Assembly (NCBI GenBank): GCA_051532055.1
Contig: JAOPTX010000015.1
Span: 85,041-149,040 of the forward strand
Direction of reading: 5' to 3'
From: Fibrobacterales bacterium
Lineage (GTDB): Bacteria > Fibrobacterota > Fibrobacteria > Fibrobacterales > JAOPTW01
DNA length: 64,000 nt
Each line of letters starts with the position of its first letter. Within the stretch, counting starts at the first letter, position 1. A program made the translations under genes and the position numbers. Shown here piece by piece: positions 8,656 through 18,900 of this stretch. Below the pieces are notes generated by a model. The model did no database searches, was not told the origin of the DNA, and saw only the letters and a list, made by a program, of their open reading frames with translations.

Positions 8656-9912
8656 ATGGCAGTTTGTTTTAAAAATGTTCAATTGTATTCGGGCAAAACA
8701 CTGAGTGAGCCACAAAACGTCTACCTTTCAGAAGGAAAATGGGTTGAAGCTTTAGAGCCTGGAAGTTATAAAGAGATAGATGGAACAGGGAAAATGTTGC
8801 TCCCTGGCCTCACTGAATTGAGTGCATGTTTTGATCTCCCTGGTGATGGAATAGTATATTCACTTGCAGATGGTGTTGAAGCAATGTATCGTGGAGGATT
8901 TAAACGAGTCGTACTCGAGCCTGAATCTGAAGAACAAATTGATTCACCGGCAAAAGCACTCTACTTAAAGTCGTTTCTCTTTGAATGCCCTCTCGATGTT
9001 CAGGTATCTTCTCTAATTTCAAAAGAAGGTAAGGGTGAGCAACTCGTAGAGATGGCGGAACAACTCGGTAGGGGAGTGACCGTATTTAGTTCAGGGCTTT
9101 TCCCTTTGGTGGGTAATTCATTTTTACGTTTGGTCATGGAGTATGCGATGCAACTTGAAATTCGTCTCCATTTATTTCCTCTCGATAAATCTCTTGCTGG
9201 CAAAGCACAGGTAAGTGAAGGTGCATACTCTGATCTCCTTGGTATGTATGGAGTACTTCCTCAAGCTGAGACTATAGCGGTCTTTTCGATATTACAAATG
9301 GCCCGGGTTACGGGCTGTAAAGTACATATTAAACATGTAAGTGTTGGCGAGTCTTTTGAATTAATTTCTCAGTATGCAGTAGAATGGGGGGTGGATGTTA
9401 CTTGTGATGTAGTGCTTTCAAATGTAACGTTTGATGATTCGGTACTTCCTCAATTTAATACCTGTCATCATGTAACTCCTCCTCTTAGATCAAAAGAGAA
9501 TGTTGTGGCATTAAAAAAAGCCCTTTCTAAAGGAGTGGTAACAGCCCTTTCAGTTCAGCACAAACCGGTTCTACCGGAGTATAAAAACATCAACTTTGAA
9601 GATTCTGAGCAAGGGTGTGTGGGTCTTGAAACAGCATTGTCGGTTCTTAATACTGACTTGAGTGTTTCCCTAGAGCGTGGTATTCTCGATATCGTAGACC
9701 TTTTTACTATGGGCCCATCAGAAGTACTTGGTCTTGATGTTCCCCATATTTCAATGGGAAACCCTGCCGATCTCTTTTTATGGAATCCGAATAAAGAGTG
9801 GGAGATTAATCGCTCTCACTATGTGCGGCGTTCAAATTCACCTTTTATTGGTAAAAAGGTACAGGGCGTAGTAGAGGCATGCTACTTTAATGCGCAATTA
9901 AAGGAGTGGTAG
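8656..9912 (+). CDS. pyrC: Dihydroorotase-like protein, probably inactive PyrC'
   Basis: Type I DHOase layout (LPGL..., PPLRS, GLETAL, NSPFIG), but HxH replaced by ELSAC and the catalytic Asp motif by VQHKP; ATG 8656. Confidence 0.85.
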   Translation: MAVCFKNVQLYSGKTLSEPQNVYLSEGKWVEALEPGSYKEIDGTGKMLLPGLTELSACFDLPGDGIVYSLADGVEAMYRGGFKRVVLEPESEEQIDSPAKALYLKSFLFECPLDVQVSSLISKEGKGEQLVEMAEQLGRGVTVFSSGLFPLVGNSFLRLVMEYAMQLEIRLHLFPLDKSLAGKAQVSEGAYSDLLGMYGVLPQAETIAVFSILQMARVTGCKVHIKHVSVGESFELISQYAVEWGVDVTCDVVLSNVTFDDSVLPQFNTCHHVTPPLRSKENVVALKKALSKGVVTALSVQHKPVLPEYKNINFEDSEQGCVGLETALSVLNTDLSVSLERGILDIVDLFTMGPSEVLGLDVPHISMGNPADLFLWNPNKEWEINRSHYVRRSNSPFIGKKVQGVVEACYFNAQLKEW

Positions 9913-9915
9913 GCC

Positions 9916-10122
9916 GTGGGGATTCTTGAAATAGTTTTTGGGTTGATTATTATTGGAGTACTTCTTCTGTTTATGAAGGAGTTTACGCTTCCGTCTTCTT
10001 TTTATAAACGAAAAGATACACGGAGAGTACAAAATTATATTGATCAACGTGAAAAACTTATGGTAGAAGAGCTTGATGTTGAGGACGAAGAAGGAGATGA
10101 CTCCGACCCTAAAACAGATTAA
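9916..10122 (+). CDS. Small single-TM hypothetical protein with acidic tail
   Basis: 68 aa, hydrophobic N-terminus, 3 nt after pyrC stop, GGAG upstream. Confidence 0.6.
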   Translation: MGILEIVFGLIIIGVLLLFMKEFTLPSSFYKRKDTRRVQNYIDQREKLMVEELDVEDEEGDDSDPKTD

Positions 10123-10139
10123 GGAGAGGCCTCAGGGGC

Positions 10140-11000
10140 TTACAGAAGTTGCATAAAGCTTTTTGCTTTGATAAACTCTTTTTCACCTTCTGCAAGAAGC
10201 TGCGGTAAAACATCATAGGGTAATTTCAAGCTTTTCCAGTTCTCGTCGGAAATATTTTGCAAATAGGGGTCTCCGCCACTACCAATATCTAATGAACGGG
10301 TTAATGTGTCTGCGATTTGGATAATGGTACTAATAGAGTAAAACTCAAGGCTCTTTTCGGGACTATGATGATTGAGTATAACATGTGAAAGGTAGTTAGG
10401 CAGTTGCCATTTCTCTGCAATCCAATACCCCACCTCACAATGATTAAATCCAAATACTTTTTCTTCTGCTTCAATGAGAAGTACTTCTTTTTGTTCTGCT
10501 ATGATAACGGCTTTTTCAAATTCGTGAGTAAAAGCAGTAAGAAGAATTATTTTCCCAATGTCATGAATAACCCCAGCTAAAAAGAGTTCTTCTCGCTTAT
10601 TAAATGATATAGTGTCGCCAATAACTTTTGCGAAAGTGCCAACGCCAAGTGAATGAGCCCAAAACTGCTTTTGATCAAAATAAGGGGAGTTGATACTCGA
10701 CTTAAAAGACGTGAGAAGCGAGGTGGTCATTATTAGGTTTTTAATAGTATTAAAGCCAAGTATTGCAACAGCATGAGATATCGTATTAATTTTTTTTGGA
10801 AATCCGTAAAATGCACTGTTTACTAACTTCATAATTGATATGGTTAAACTTTGGTCGTTACTGATTATTTTCCCAATTTGGTCTGCAGTAGTACGAGGGT
10901 TTTGCATCTCCTTGTTTATACGGGCAACAACATTTGAAAGAGTAGGAATGGTATCAAGGTCGCCAATCATTGATTCTATAAGAGCAAAGCGATCATTCAT
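10140..11000 (-). CDS. HDOD domain protein
   Basis: IPTL, DQSL...VNSAFYG, AILGF, FWAHS, IHDIGK, HCEVG...KWQLP, HH. Confidence 0.93.
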   Translation of the reverse strand: MNDRFALIESMIGDLDTIPTLSNVVARINKEMQNPRTTADQIGKIISNDQSLTISIMKLVNSAFYGFPKKINTISHAVAILGFNTIKNLIMTTSLLTSFKSSINSPYFDQKQFWAHSLGVGTFAKVIGDTISFNKREELFLAGVIHDIGKIILLTAFTHEFEKAVIIAEQKEVLLIEAEEKVFGFNHCEVGYWIAEKWQLPNYLSHVILNHHSPEKSLEFYSISTIIQIADTLTRSLDIGSGGDPYLQNISDENWKSLKLPYDVLPQLLAEGEKEFIKAKSFMQLL

Positions 11001-11325
11001 TGTGTTCTCCGTTCTCGGTACCTAATACATGATTTTTTACTGCTGCATATATCGTATTCATTGTGAGAGAGTTAGTTTTCTTGCTAAATCTTTTATCAAG
11101 AGTATCATGATTTGAGTGCTCTGGAACGCTTCCAGTATCACTACCCGCACTGGGGCCGTCATCCCCTTCAATTGTAATCTGCATTATCCCACGTGACTCA
11201 AGTCGTCTCGCAAGGCTTTTTGTAAGTGTTGTTCCTTGACTGAGAATTATTTGACCTGAATTTCCCATGACCGGTTCTAATAGTATCATTCCATCATTAA
11301 TGTCCGCTATTGCAATCGTCCGCAT
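10993..11325 (-). CDS. Small hypothetical protein, resembles N-terminal module of HD-GYP proteins
   Basis: GMIL..PV....GQIILSQGTTLT...RRL...GI..ITI pattern; overlaps the HDOD gene by 8 nt. Confidence 0.7.
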   Translation of the reverse strand: MRTIAIADINDGMILLEPVMGNSGQIILSQGTTLTKSLARRLESRGIMQITIEGDDGPSAGSDTGSVPEHSNHDTLDKRFSKKTNSLTMNTIYAAVKNHVLGTENGEHNE

Positions 11326-11339
11326 GTGTAACCTTATGT

Positions 11340-12134
11340 TTAATTGCCAATGGAGAGCAGTTCAAGTTTATAGAGGAGGATTGAATGGGGAGCTATTTTT
11401 GAACCTGCGCCCTTGTCTCCATAGGCGAGGTGTGGAGGTATGTAGAGATGCCATTTGGCACCTTTGCGCATGAGAAGTAGGGCTTCTTTCCAGCCGTCAA
11501 TTGCACCTGCAAGTGGGAAGGTGACAGGGGTATCAGTAGAGTAGGTCGATTCAAACTCCGTACCATCAATAGTGGTTCCTTTGTAGTGACAGGTTACTTT
11601 TGATTCTGCTGCAGGCTTATTGCCGGTGCCTCTACGCATAATGCGATATTGAAGGCCGCTTTCAAGAGTAACCACTCCTTCTTTGTTTCTATTGTTTTCA
11701 AAGTAGGTTACAATAGGATCAGGGGGAATTGAGTCTTGAGATGTTGTATCTATAAGTTCTTGTTGTGTCAGTGAGTCTTTATAGTGATTAAATTTTTCGG
11801 TGTAGTGTGCAGCATCTTGGGTCGAAATTAAAAGGGAATCTTGGTGGGTCACATCAGAAAAACCTTGTGCAATGAGATCTGAATTGAGAGTGATGCCAGA
11901 TGCTAATAGAGTGTGGGCAAAGTTTACTCCCAGTGCATAGCTAATAAGATCTTCACCCTGGGTTATTGTGGTAATACGACTGTTTTGTTCTGGAATTTTA
12001 CTCAGTGTATCAGGGAGTGATACTATGACTTTTGTTTTTTTGGGTTGAGTAATGTTCTTAGTGGTGGTTTGTTGTAAGGGTGCGGTACAGCACATTAACA
12101 TCACAAGTAAAGCACAGGTAAAAACCTTGAACAT
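11340..12134 (-). CDS. FKBP-type peptidyl-prolyl isomerase (FkpA/Mip-like paralog)
   Basis: SYALG dimer domain, SGLQY, CHYKGT, GWKEAL, LYIPPHLAYG. Confidence 0.92.
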   Translation of the reverse strand: MFKVFTCALLVMLMCCTAPLQQTTTKNITQPKKTKVIVSLPDTLSKIPEQNSRITTITQGEDLISYALGVNFAHTLLASGITLNSDLIAQGFSDVTHQDSLLISTQDAAHYTEKFNHYKDSLTQQELIDTTSQDSIPPDPIVTYFENNRNKEGVVTLESGLQYRIMRRGTGNKPAAESKVTCHYKGTTIDGTEFESTYSTDTPVTFPLAGAIDGWKEALLLMRKGAKWHLYIPPHLAYGDKGAGSKIAPHSILLYKLELLSIGN

Positions 12135-12161
12135 CTAGAACCCTTTTATAGGAAATTGTAC

Positions 12162-12190
12162 AAAAAAAAGGGTGCAAAAGCACCCCTTTT
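12162..12190 (-). terminator. Intrinsic terminator after fkpA
   Basis: GGGTGC-AAAA-GCACCC stem with A run on + (U run on -). Confidence 0.8.
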
Positions 12191-12209
12191 CCAATAGTTC
12201 AAAAGAGAT

Positions 12210-12980
12210 CTATTTCTTAACAGCTTTTGGAGCTTCTTTTTTCGCAGCATCTTTAGGAACAATGCTCAAAAGTTCGATTTCAAATTTAAGAGCAGCGTTT
12301 GGAGAAATTTTCCCAGAACCTCTTGTACCATAACCGATTGCAGGTGGTATGTAGAGTTCCCATTTCGATCCAACTTTCATCATTTGAAGCGCTTCAGTCC
12401 AGCCTTTGATCACACCTTTAAGTGGGAATTGTGATGGTTTACCACGTTCATATGAAGAGTCAAATACTTCACCGTTAAGAAGAGTACCTTTATAGTGACA
12501 CTCAACTTTGTCATCGAGAGTTGGAATTGGACCAGTACCTTCAGTAATTACTTTGAATTGAAGACCTGATTCAGTAGTTTTTACACCCTCTTTTGCTTTG
12601 TTTTCTTCGAAGAATTTTTTGTTTTCTTCAACATTTTTTTCACCCTGAAGCTTTCTATCTTCAGTTTCTTTCTTTCTTTTGTCCTGCATTTTTTCCATCA
12701 TTACTTTTTGGAATGCAGTCATAGTTTCGCGAACTTCTTTTTGGTCCATAAGTGGAGTTTCAGTAGCTGTTAGGCCATCTTCGATTCCTCTAAAGAATTT
12801 AGTAAGCTCAACTTCAATTTCTTGTTTCTTGAAGTTTGACCCGATGTCAAGACCGATAGAGTAACTGACTTTGTCCATTTCAGTTTTAAGAGAGGCTTGA
12901 GTAACACTTTTGGTGTCAATACCTTTTTGACAGCCGACAAGCATCATGAGTACAGATGCTGAAGCAATTAATTTTTTCAT
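12210..12980 (-). CDS. fkpA: FKBP-type peptidyl-prolyl isomerase FkpA, lipoprotein
   Basis: Lipobox LVGC; SYSIG, FDSSYERG, VIKGWTEAL, LKFEIELL. Confidence 0.93.
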   Translation of the reverse strand: MKKLIASASVLMMLVGCQKGIDTKSVTQASLKTEMDKVSYSIGLDIGSNFKKQEIEVELTKFFRGIEDGLTATETPLMDQKEVRETMTAFQKVMMEKMQDKRKKETEDRKLQGEKNVEENKKFFEENKAKEGVKTTESGLQFKVITEGTGPIPTLDDKVECHYKGTLLNGEVFDSSYERGKPSQFPLKGVIKGWTEALQMMKVGSKWELYIPPAIGYGTRGSGKISPNAALKFEIELLSIVPKDAAKKEAPKAVKK

Positions 12981-13149
12981 TGTTATCCTTGTAAAATGTA
13001 AGATTTTTAGAAAAAATAAGAAATTTCACAAAAAAACCATACTTCTCTTGTGCAAATATGAAACTAGTCTGCTTTTTTTTAAAAAACGGGCTATAAAAAG
13101 TGATATAAGCGGATGATTTTAGAAGAGTGAGCAGAAATCTGGAGGTTGA

Positions 13150-14061
13150 TTATTCTTTTAGGTCACTAAGAGCTCGTTCCGGCCACAGTTTTGGAGTCCA
13201 ACCAAGAAGTGAGTATACACGAGAGCTATCCATGTGTACATTTTTTACTCGGGGAGGGCCATTTTTTTCTTCATGGGTATAACGCCCCTTGAGAAGTGAT
13301 TTATCATACGTTTCACAGTATTGACTGATGACATCACCCATTTCATAGAGGCTTACAGGTCTTGGGCCACCTGCATGATATAATCCGGTGACCTCTTTAT
13401 TAAAAAGTTGAGTAATGATCTCTCCAACATCGTCTGTGTGTATGGCTGAACGATATTCATCATAAAAGAGTGTGACGGTACGATTTTTTTTAAATCGGCC
13501 TTCAATCCAGTCAACTGCAGCTTTGGAACCCTGAATTGAGGGTCCCATAGGGAGGCCCATTCGTACTATTGCAGACCGAGGGTGTTTCTCAATCTCTTTT
13601 TCAGCGAGTAGGTATGTTTTACCTACTACACTTACAGGGTCCGGTACATGAGATTCTGCATAGCCTTCTTGAGGAGGAGTCACTCCTGAAAAGACTAAGT
13701 CAGCGCTACAATACATCAAATAGGCATTATGAGACAGTTCGCGAATGAGTGCTGCGCCATCGACATTAATGCGATGTGCCCGAGCAGGATCAGCTTCACA
13801 ACCATCGAGATCACACACGCCCGCAGCATGGAGTACATGGGTTGGTTGTACCTCTTCAAAAATTTTTTTATAATCTTCAGGGTTATTAAGTGATGCTGAA
13901 AATATGTTGGGTCCAGAGGGGACTTTTGCTTTTGGTGGTTTAATACCAAAGACTTCATGAGATTCATTCTCAAGGAGGGCACAAAATGCTGGCCATGTAT
14001 GAATCGCTGTGATTCCTGTGCAAAGAATGCGCTTTGGAGTGGTCTGTTCTATTGAAGTCAT
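13150..14061 (-). CDS. RmlD-like extended SDR (dTDP-4-dehydrorhamnose reductase fold), atypical active site
   Basis: HAAG...DGCE...INV, SADLVFSG, LFYDEYRS, GLYHAGG; likely start ATG 14061. Confidence 0.8.
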   Translation of the reverse strand: MTSIEQTTPKRILCTGITAIHTWPAFCALLENESHEVFGIKPPKAKVPSGPNIFSASLNNPEDYKKIFEEVQPTHVLHAAGVCDLDGCEADPARAHRINVDGAALIRELSHNAYLMYCSADLVFSGVTPPQEGYAESHVPDPVSVVGKTYLLAEKEIEKHPRSAIVRMGLPMGPSIQGSKAAVDWIEGRFKKNRTVTLFYDEYRSAIHTDDVGEIITQLFNKEVTGLYHAGGPRPVSLYEMGDVISQYCETYDKSLLKGRYTHEEKNGPPRVKNVHMDSSRVYSLLGWTPKLWPERALSDLKE

Positions 14062-14173
14062 AATTAGTAAGGGTGATAAGGGATTGCATGCTCTTTTGGG
14101 TTTCAAATATAGAACAATTGATCTATATTATCACCGGAATTGGATTAATTTGAGTTAGAACATAGACACACAT

Positions 14174-15163
14174 ATGGAATCACAACAGAACATCTATCTA
14201 AAAATAGTCAAAAAAGTAATTCTCTATAGTTGGAGAGGGTATCAGGTTGTTTTAGGCCTTATACTTGTTGCATTATTGTGGGGAATTTCATCTTTAGCAG
14301 ATTATCTGAAGTATTGGGAAATTCAGAAGCTTGCTGAACAAAATCCGTCAACGACTTCCTTCATGAATGCGGAGTATGAGCGATTACAGATGAGTAACTC
14401 TGGACCAGAAGATATTCTCTATAGCTGGATACCTTATGAAGAAATACCGGCCGTGCTTAGAGAAATGGTATTAATAGCTGAGGATGCAAAGTTTTACGAC
14501 CATGTAGGGTTTGATCTCAGTGAAATAGAATATGCGATTGTCTCCAACCATCAAAAGGGTGAAAAAGCACGAGGTGCAAGTACTATTAGTCAGCAGTTGG
14601 TTAAAAACCTCTATTTGAGCTCAGATAAAAAAATGTCTCGTAAAATACGAGAGGCAGGCATTACCCTGCTCCTTGAAAACAGATTAACAAAAAGAAGAAT
14701 ACTCGAGTTGTATCTTAACATTGCACAATTTGGACCTGGAGTCTTTGGAGTAAGCGAAGGTGCGGAATATCAATTTGGCAAAGAGTTGTCTCGACTCAGC
14801 ACGTCACAATTAGCCCGTCTCGTGGCTGTAATTCCAAGTCCAAAGCATTGGCGTGCAAACTCTCTCAAAGGTTCGTACAAGAGGCACTTCAGCAGAATCC
14901 TTAAAAACTATGCCCTCTACAAAGGGCTCAAAAAGCGTGTTGATTTTGATGACCTTGACTGGAAAAAGGATTTATTTAAGGAATTGAACAATATAATTGA
15001 TGAAGGGAAATGGGGAAAATTAAAGACTATGCCCGCTATAGATCATAGTACTGACTCATCTGAAAGAATAGAAAACGAACAACCGAGTGTTTATAAAGCA
15101 TCATCGAAAAGAAGACTCAAGCGAGCGTCTAAATCGAAGCAAATGCCGGTGACTAACTGGTAG
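14174..15163 (+). CDS. mtgA: Monofunctional peptidoglycan transglycosylase
   Basis: N-terminal TM; EDAKFYDHVGFD, GASTISQQLVKNL, RKIRE, ILELYLN. Confidence 0.93.
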   Translation: MESQQNIYLKIVKKVILYSWRGYQVVLGLILVALLWGISSLADYLKYWEIQKLAEQNPSTTSFMNAEYERLQMSNSGPEDILYSWIPYEEIPAVLREMVLIAEDAKFYDHVGFDLSEIEYAIVSNHQKGEKARGASTISQQLVKNLYLSSDKKMSRKIREAGITLLLENRLTKRRILELYLNIAQFGPGVFGVSEGAEYQFGKELSRLSTSQLARLVAVIPSPKHWRANSLKGSYKRHFSRILKNYALYKGLKKRVDFDDLDWKKDLFKELNNIIDEGKWGKLKTMPAIDHSTDSSERIENEQPSVYKASSKRRLKRASKSKQMPVTNW

Positions 15164-15168
15164 GTGGA

Positions 15169-15921
15169 TTGAAAAATATGCAGGATGCATCAAATTATAT
15201 TAAAGGAAAATATAAGGGTGATGAAAATCCCCGTCCTTTTTGTTACCGCTGCTGGAAGGTCGAAGAACTCTGCCTTTGTGCAACAATACCAGAACTCACT
15301 TCACAAGTTCGTATTGGAATATTGCAACACCCGAATGAACGCTATATGCCTATAAATACTGCGCGATTTACTCACCTTTCTCTTACTAATTCAGTCATGT
15401 TTCATGGGGTCTATTTTAACGAACATGAATCATTTTTATCTGATTTTAAAAAAATTCCACAAGAAAAAAATGGACTTCTCTTTCCTTCGCCTCATGCGGT
15501 AGATCTTTCTGAAGCGCCTGAAGATATGCAAAACCTTTATGTGGTTGATGGGACATGGAGAGAAGCGAAAAAAATGATATATAACTCACCGGTACTGAAT
15601 GATATTCCGCATTATAGTATTAACCCCAAGAGTGAGAGTAATTATCGTATTCGAAAAGAACCAAAAAAGAATTTCATTTCTACGGTTGAAGCTGTGGTGA
15701 TGAGTTTGCGGACGTTAGAGTGCTCGTCTGATGCATATGAAGAACTTTTAAAAGTATTTGATACTATGGTTGAAAACCAGTTAAATTTTATTAATTCAAA
15801 GCCGCAATCAAGACATCGAGATTTTTCCCGACGCAAAGAAGAACGTAAAAAACAGGCAAAAGAAAATCTTAAAAAGTATTCTGGTTACAGTGATAATCAA
15901 TTAGATGCACTTTCTGACTGA
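15169..15921 (+). CDS. DTW-domain tRNA-uridine aminocarboxypropyltransferase (TapT-like)
   Basis: CYRC...CLC, QHPNE, LLFP, DGTW, YRIRK, STVEA; alternative start ATG 15178. Confidence 0.92.
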   Translation: MKNMQDASNYIKGKYKGDENPRPFCYRCWKVEELCLCATIPELTSQVRIGILQHPNERYMPINTARFTHLSLTNSVMFHGVYFNEHESFLSDFKKIPQEKNGLLFPSPHAVDLSEAPEDMQNLYVVDGTWREAKKMIYNSPVLNDIPHYSINPKSESNYRIRKEPKKNFISTVEAVVMSLRTLECSSDAYEELLKVFDTMVENQLNFINSKPQSRHRDFSRRKEERKKQAKENLKKYSGYSDNQLDALSD

Positions 15922-18900
15922 TGATTTAAAGAAATCTCAATATGAGATATAATAGCTGAGCAAAACTCTTTGATGTTTCGATGCTCTTCATTGTTTATAC
16001 AGTAAAAGAAAAATTGTTTCCCGTATTTAGGAGGCATTTTAAAAAGTTTCTTTTTGGCGCACTTTTTTACATATCCATTTGTTGCTTTATGATTATAGAT
16101 AAAGATCAAGGTATCCATCGCAAACTCATATTCTTTTGAATTTATTAATATTTGAGAAAGGTCAAGAAGGCTTTCTAGTATGATAGGATAAGTGCCGCTT
16201 TTATGAGCGATAGGAATAAGGGTGTTGAAACGGTTTAACGCTTCAGGAATGTTTTTAGACGCTAGAGCAAGTTTGGACAAATTGTTTATTGCGCGCATGG
16301 TGCCATTTTCATAGTTAAGGTGGACACTCATGGTGTGTGCTTTAGTGAAAGATTCGTCTGCGTTTACAAAGTTTTGAGTGAGAAGTGCATGAATTCCTAA
16401 AATGTTGTTATAATCAACGGTAAAGGTACTTTGAGAAGGAATGGATTCCGTATCAATTTTATTGAGGTAATCACCCATAAGCGTAATTTTATTACTCTGC
16501 CATTGGAGTGTTGCCAAATGCAAATAGGATTGATTTATCCCATACTTTTGTTCATTTTTTTCGAAGAGCGATAGCGCTTCATCAAGTTGGCTCTTTGATT
16601 TTTTAAAGTTCCCGAGTGAACTATGTATCATTCCCATGCTCAAAAGGGTTTCTCCAATAACCTTGCTGTTACCATTGTTGCTACTCAGTATTAATAGTTT
16701 CTCAGCAGTGGTGAGGGCTTTTGGGTAATCACCTACTTGGTGGTAGATAGAAACAAGAGTTACGAGCTTCTCAATAGTAAGCTCTTCATGAGTTGAATTA
16801 TAGAGTGTGAGGTCTTGTTGATTAGTACCAGAGCCAGACTCGAATTCAGAAATTGAAGAATATTTTTGGGCCTCACTAAAATTACCACTATTATAGAGGC
16901 TTCGTGCTAAATTGTGTTGAGCCCATTGAATGCCAGCAGGATAATTGCTGTACTGGTATTGAACGAGGCTCTCCTTAAAGTGACTTACAGCTTTTTCACA
17001 AAGATCCATTTGTAAATAGATCAATCCAATGATTCCTTCTGCCCATGCATGAGCAGTACTGTTTTGTTTGGCAATAAATACTTTGAGTGCTTTTTGAGCA
17101 GAAGTGAGCGCATCATCTTTTTTGTTGAGAAAAGTATTGAGGGTGCTCATGCGTATGAGTGTCACTGCTTGATTGTACTCAATATCTTGACCGTCTATAG
17201 TGGATTGAGACGATGCCAATAATTCATTTGATAGCGAAAGCGAATGAGTAAGTAATGCTTCAGCATCCTCTGGGGCTTGAAGGTGAGTATAGCACGAACC
17301 CAATATCGAATGTAGTTGTGCTTTACACGAAATCACATCGGGGCTCTGAATGAGTGTTGCTTCGTCAAGAGTTGTGCGGAGCACATCAAAGAGAATGATG
17401 ATTTCTGCATAAGCATGTAGCCTGTCTAAGGGCTCAAAGAGAGCGTTCATAAAAAGTACAATTTCTTCAAGGGACCCATTATTTATGCACAGATGCCATG
17501 CAGAAATTATGTTTTCCTTATTGACCTTAAAATACTCCAAAATTTTATTTTGATGAGATGAATGTATTTTGGGTAAATTTTTACTGAGAACTTCGAGATA
17601 ATAGTGGTAATAGGATTGATGGACGCTATTCATAGAATCCGATGCCAAGAGTTCTTCGTAGGCAATTCTTTTAAATACTTTTTCCATTGTGTAGAGTTCG
17701 GAGGACGTTTTAATTAACGGGGATTTATTAAAAAGTCGCGCTATGGTTAGCGCTTGAACTCCAGTGGCTTTTTGTGCATCATAGGTATTAAAGCTATTTT
17801 TAAAAATTGAAAGCTTGATAAATGCATCATATTCATCATTTTTTAAATCTTGTAAAGTCGCTTCGAACATTGCGCGGAGTGCATTGTTTCTTTTAGGTAG
17901 GTCGGGGATTGTTTGGTCGCGTTTCTCAAACTCCGGTATTAATTGTTCTAGGGTATTGTTAAGTTGGTTTACGGTGAGAGTTTTGCTCCAGGTTGCAGCC
18001 ATTAGAATTGCTTGTGGAGTACCCTGTAATACGTGACATATATTAATAATCATTTTTATTGTAGCGTCATTCAGTACTAAGTCGGGGTACATATAAAGGG
18101 CGTGATTAAGGTAGAGCATAAAACTACTTTCACCAAAGAGATGCTCAACAAGAGACGCATCGAGTGAGGGTAAAGGCAGGTTGCCTAAGGTAAAGACTTT
18201 TTCATTGGGGAGCTCTACCGGAAGGCGCGTCACAAGGAGGAGTTGTAATGATGAAGTATTTTGGATAAGGCGTGTAAGGAATTCAAGATGGTGAGAGAGA
18301 AATAGTGTGCCACAATCAGCTATGATAAGGATTTTTTTGTTTTTAAGGTGAATAATTATCTGGGTATCTATATCAGAAGCTGAATGAAGAGTGATTTTGA
18401 GGTTTGTAGCTAGGGTGAAAAGATGTTCTTGAAGGTCCATTTGGTCATTAAAGTCGATATAAAAAACACCAGCAGAAAATATTTTATGACACTGAGCCCC
18501 TAAGTGATGACTGAGACGGGTTTTGCCTACTCCAGCAGGACCCGTTATGCTCAAGACCCTGTTGTCAAGAAGCATGTTTTGTAATACATTGAGCTCATTT
18601 TCCCGGCCCGTGAGTGGTGTTTCATAGAGGGGGAGGTTGGTGGGCGTTGTAATTCGTTTTTCAGTTATGTGACCAGGGTTGAGTGTTGCTGTGCTTGTGG
18701 TCCCAAAAATGTGGTCGGAAATGAGTAAATCTGTTAAAATGGGGGTCCCATAATCCATCACGTTTGAGTGCATGAGAGCAGGGAGAGTCTCGTAGGCTGC
18801 TTTGGGGAGAAGAATTTGCCCACCAGGACATACTGCATTAAGTCTACGCGCTTGAGCAACTGCGGAACCAATTATGTATGAATTTATTGAGACAGTCGGG

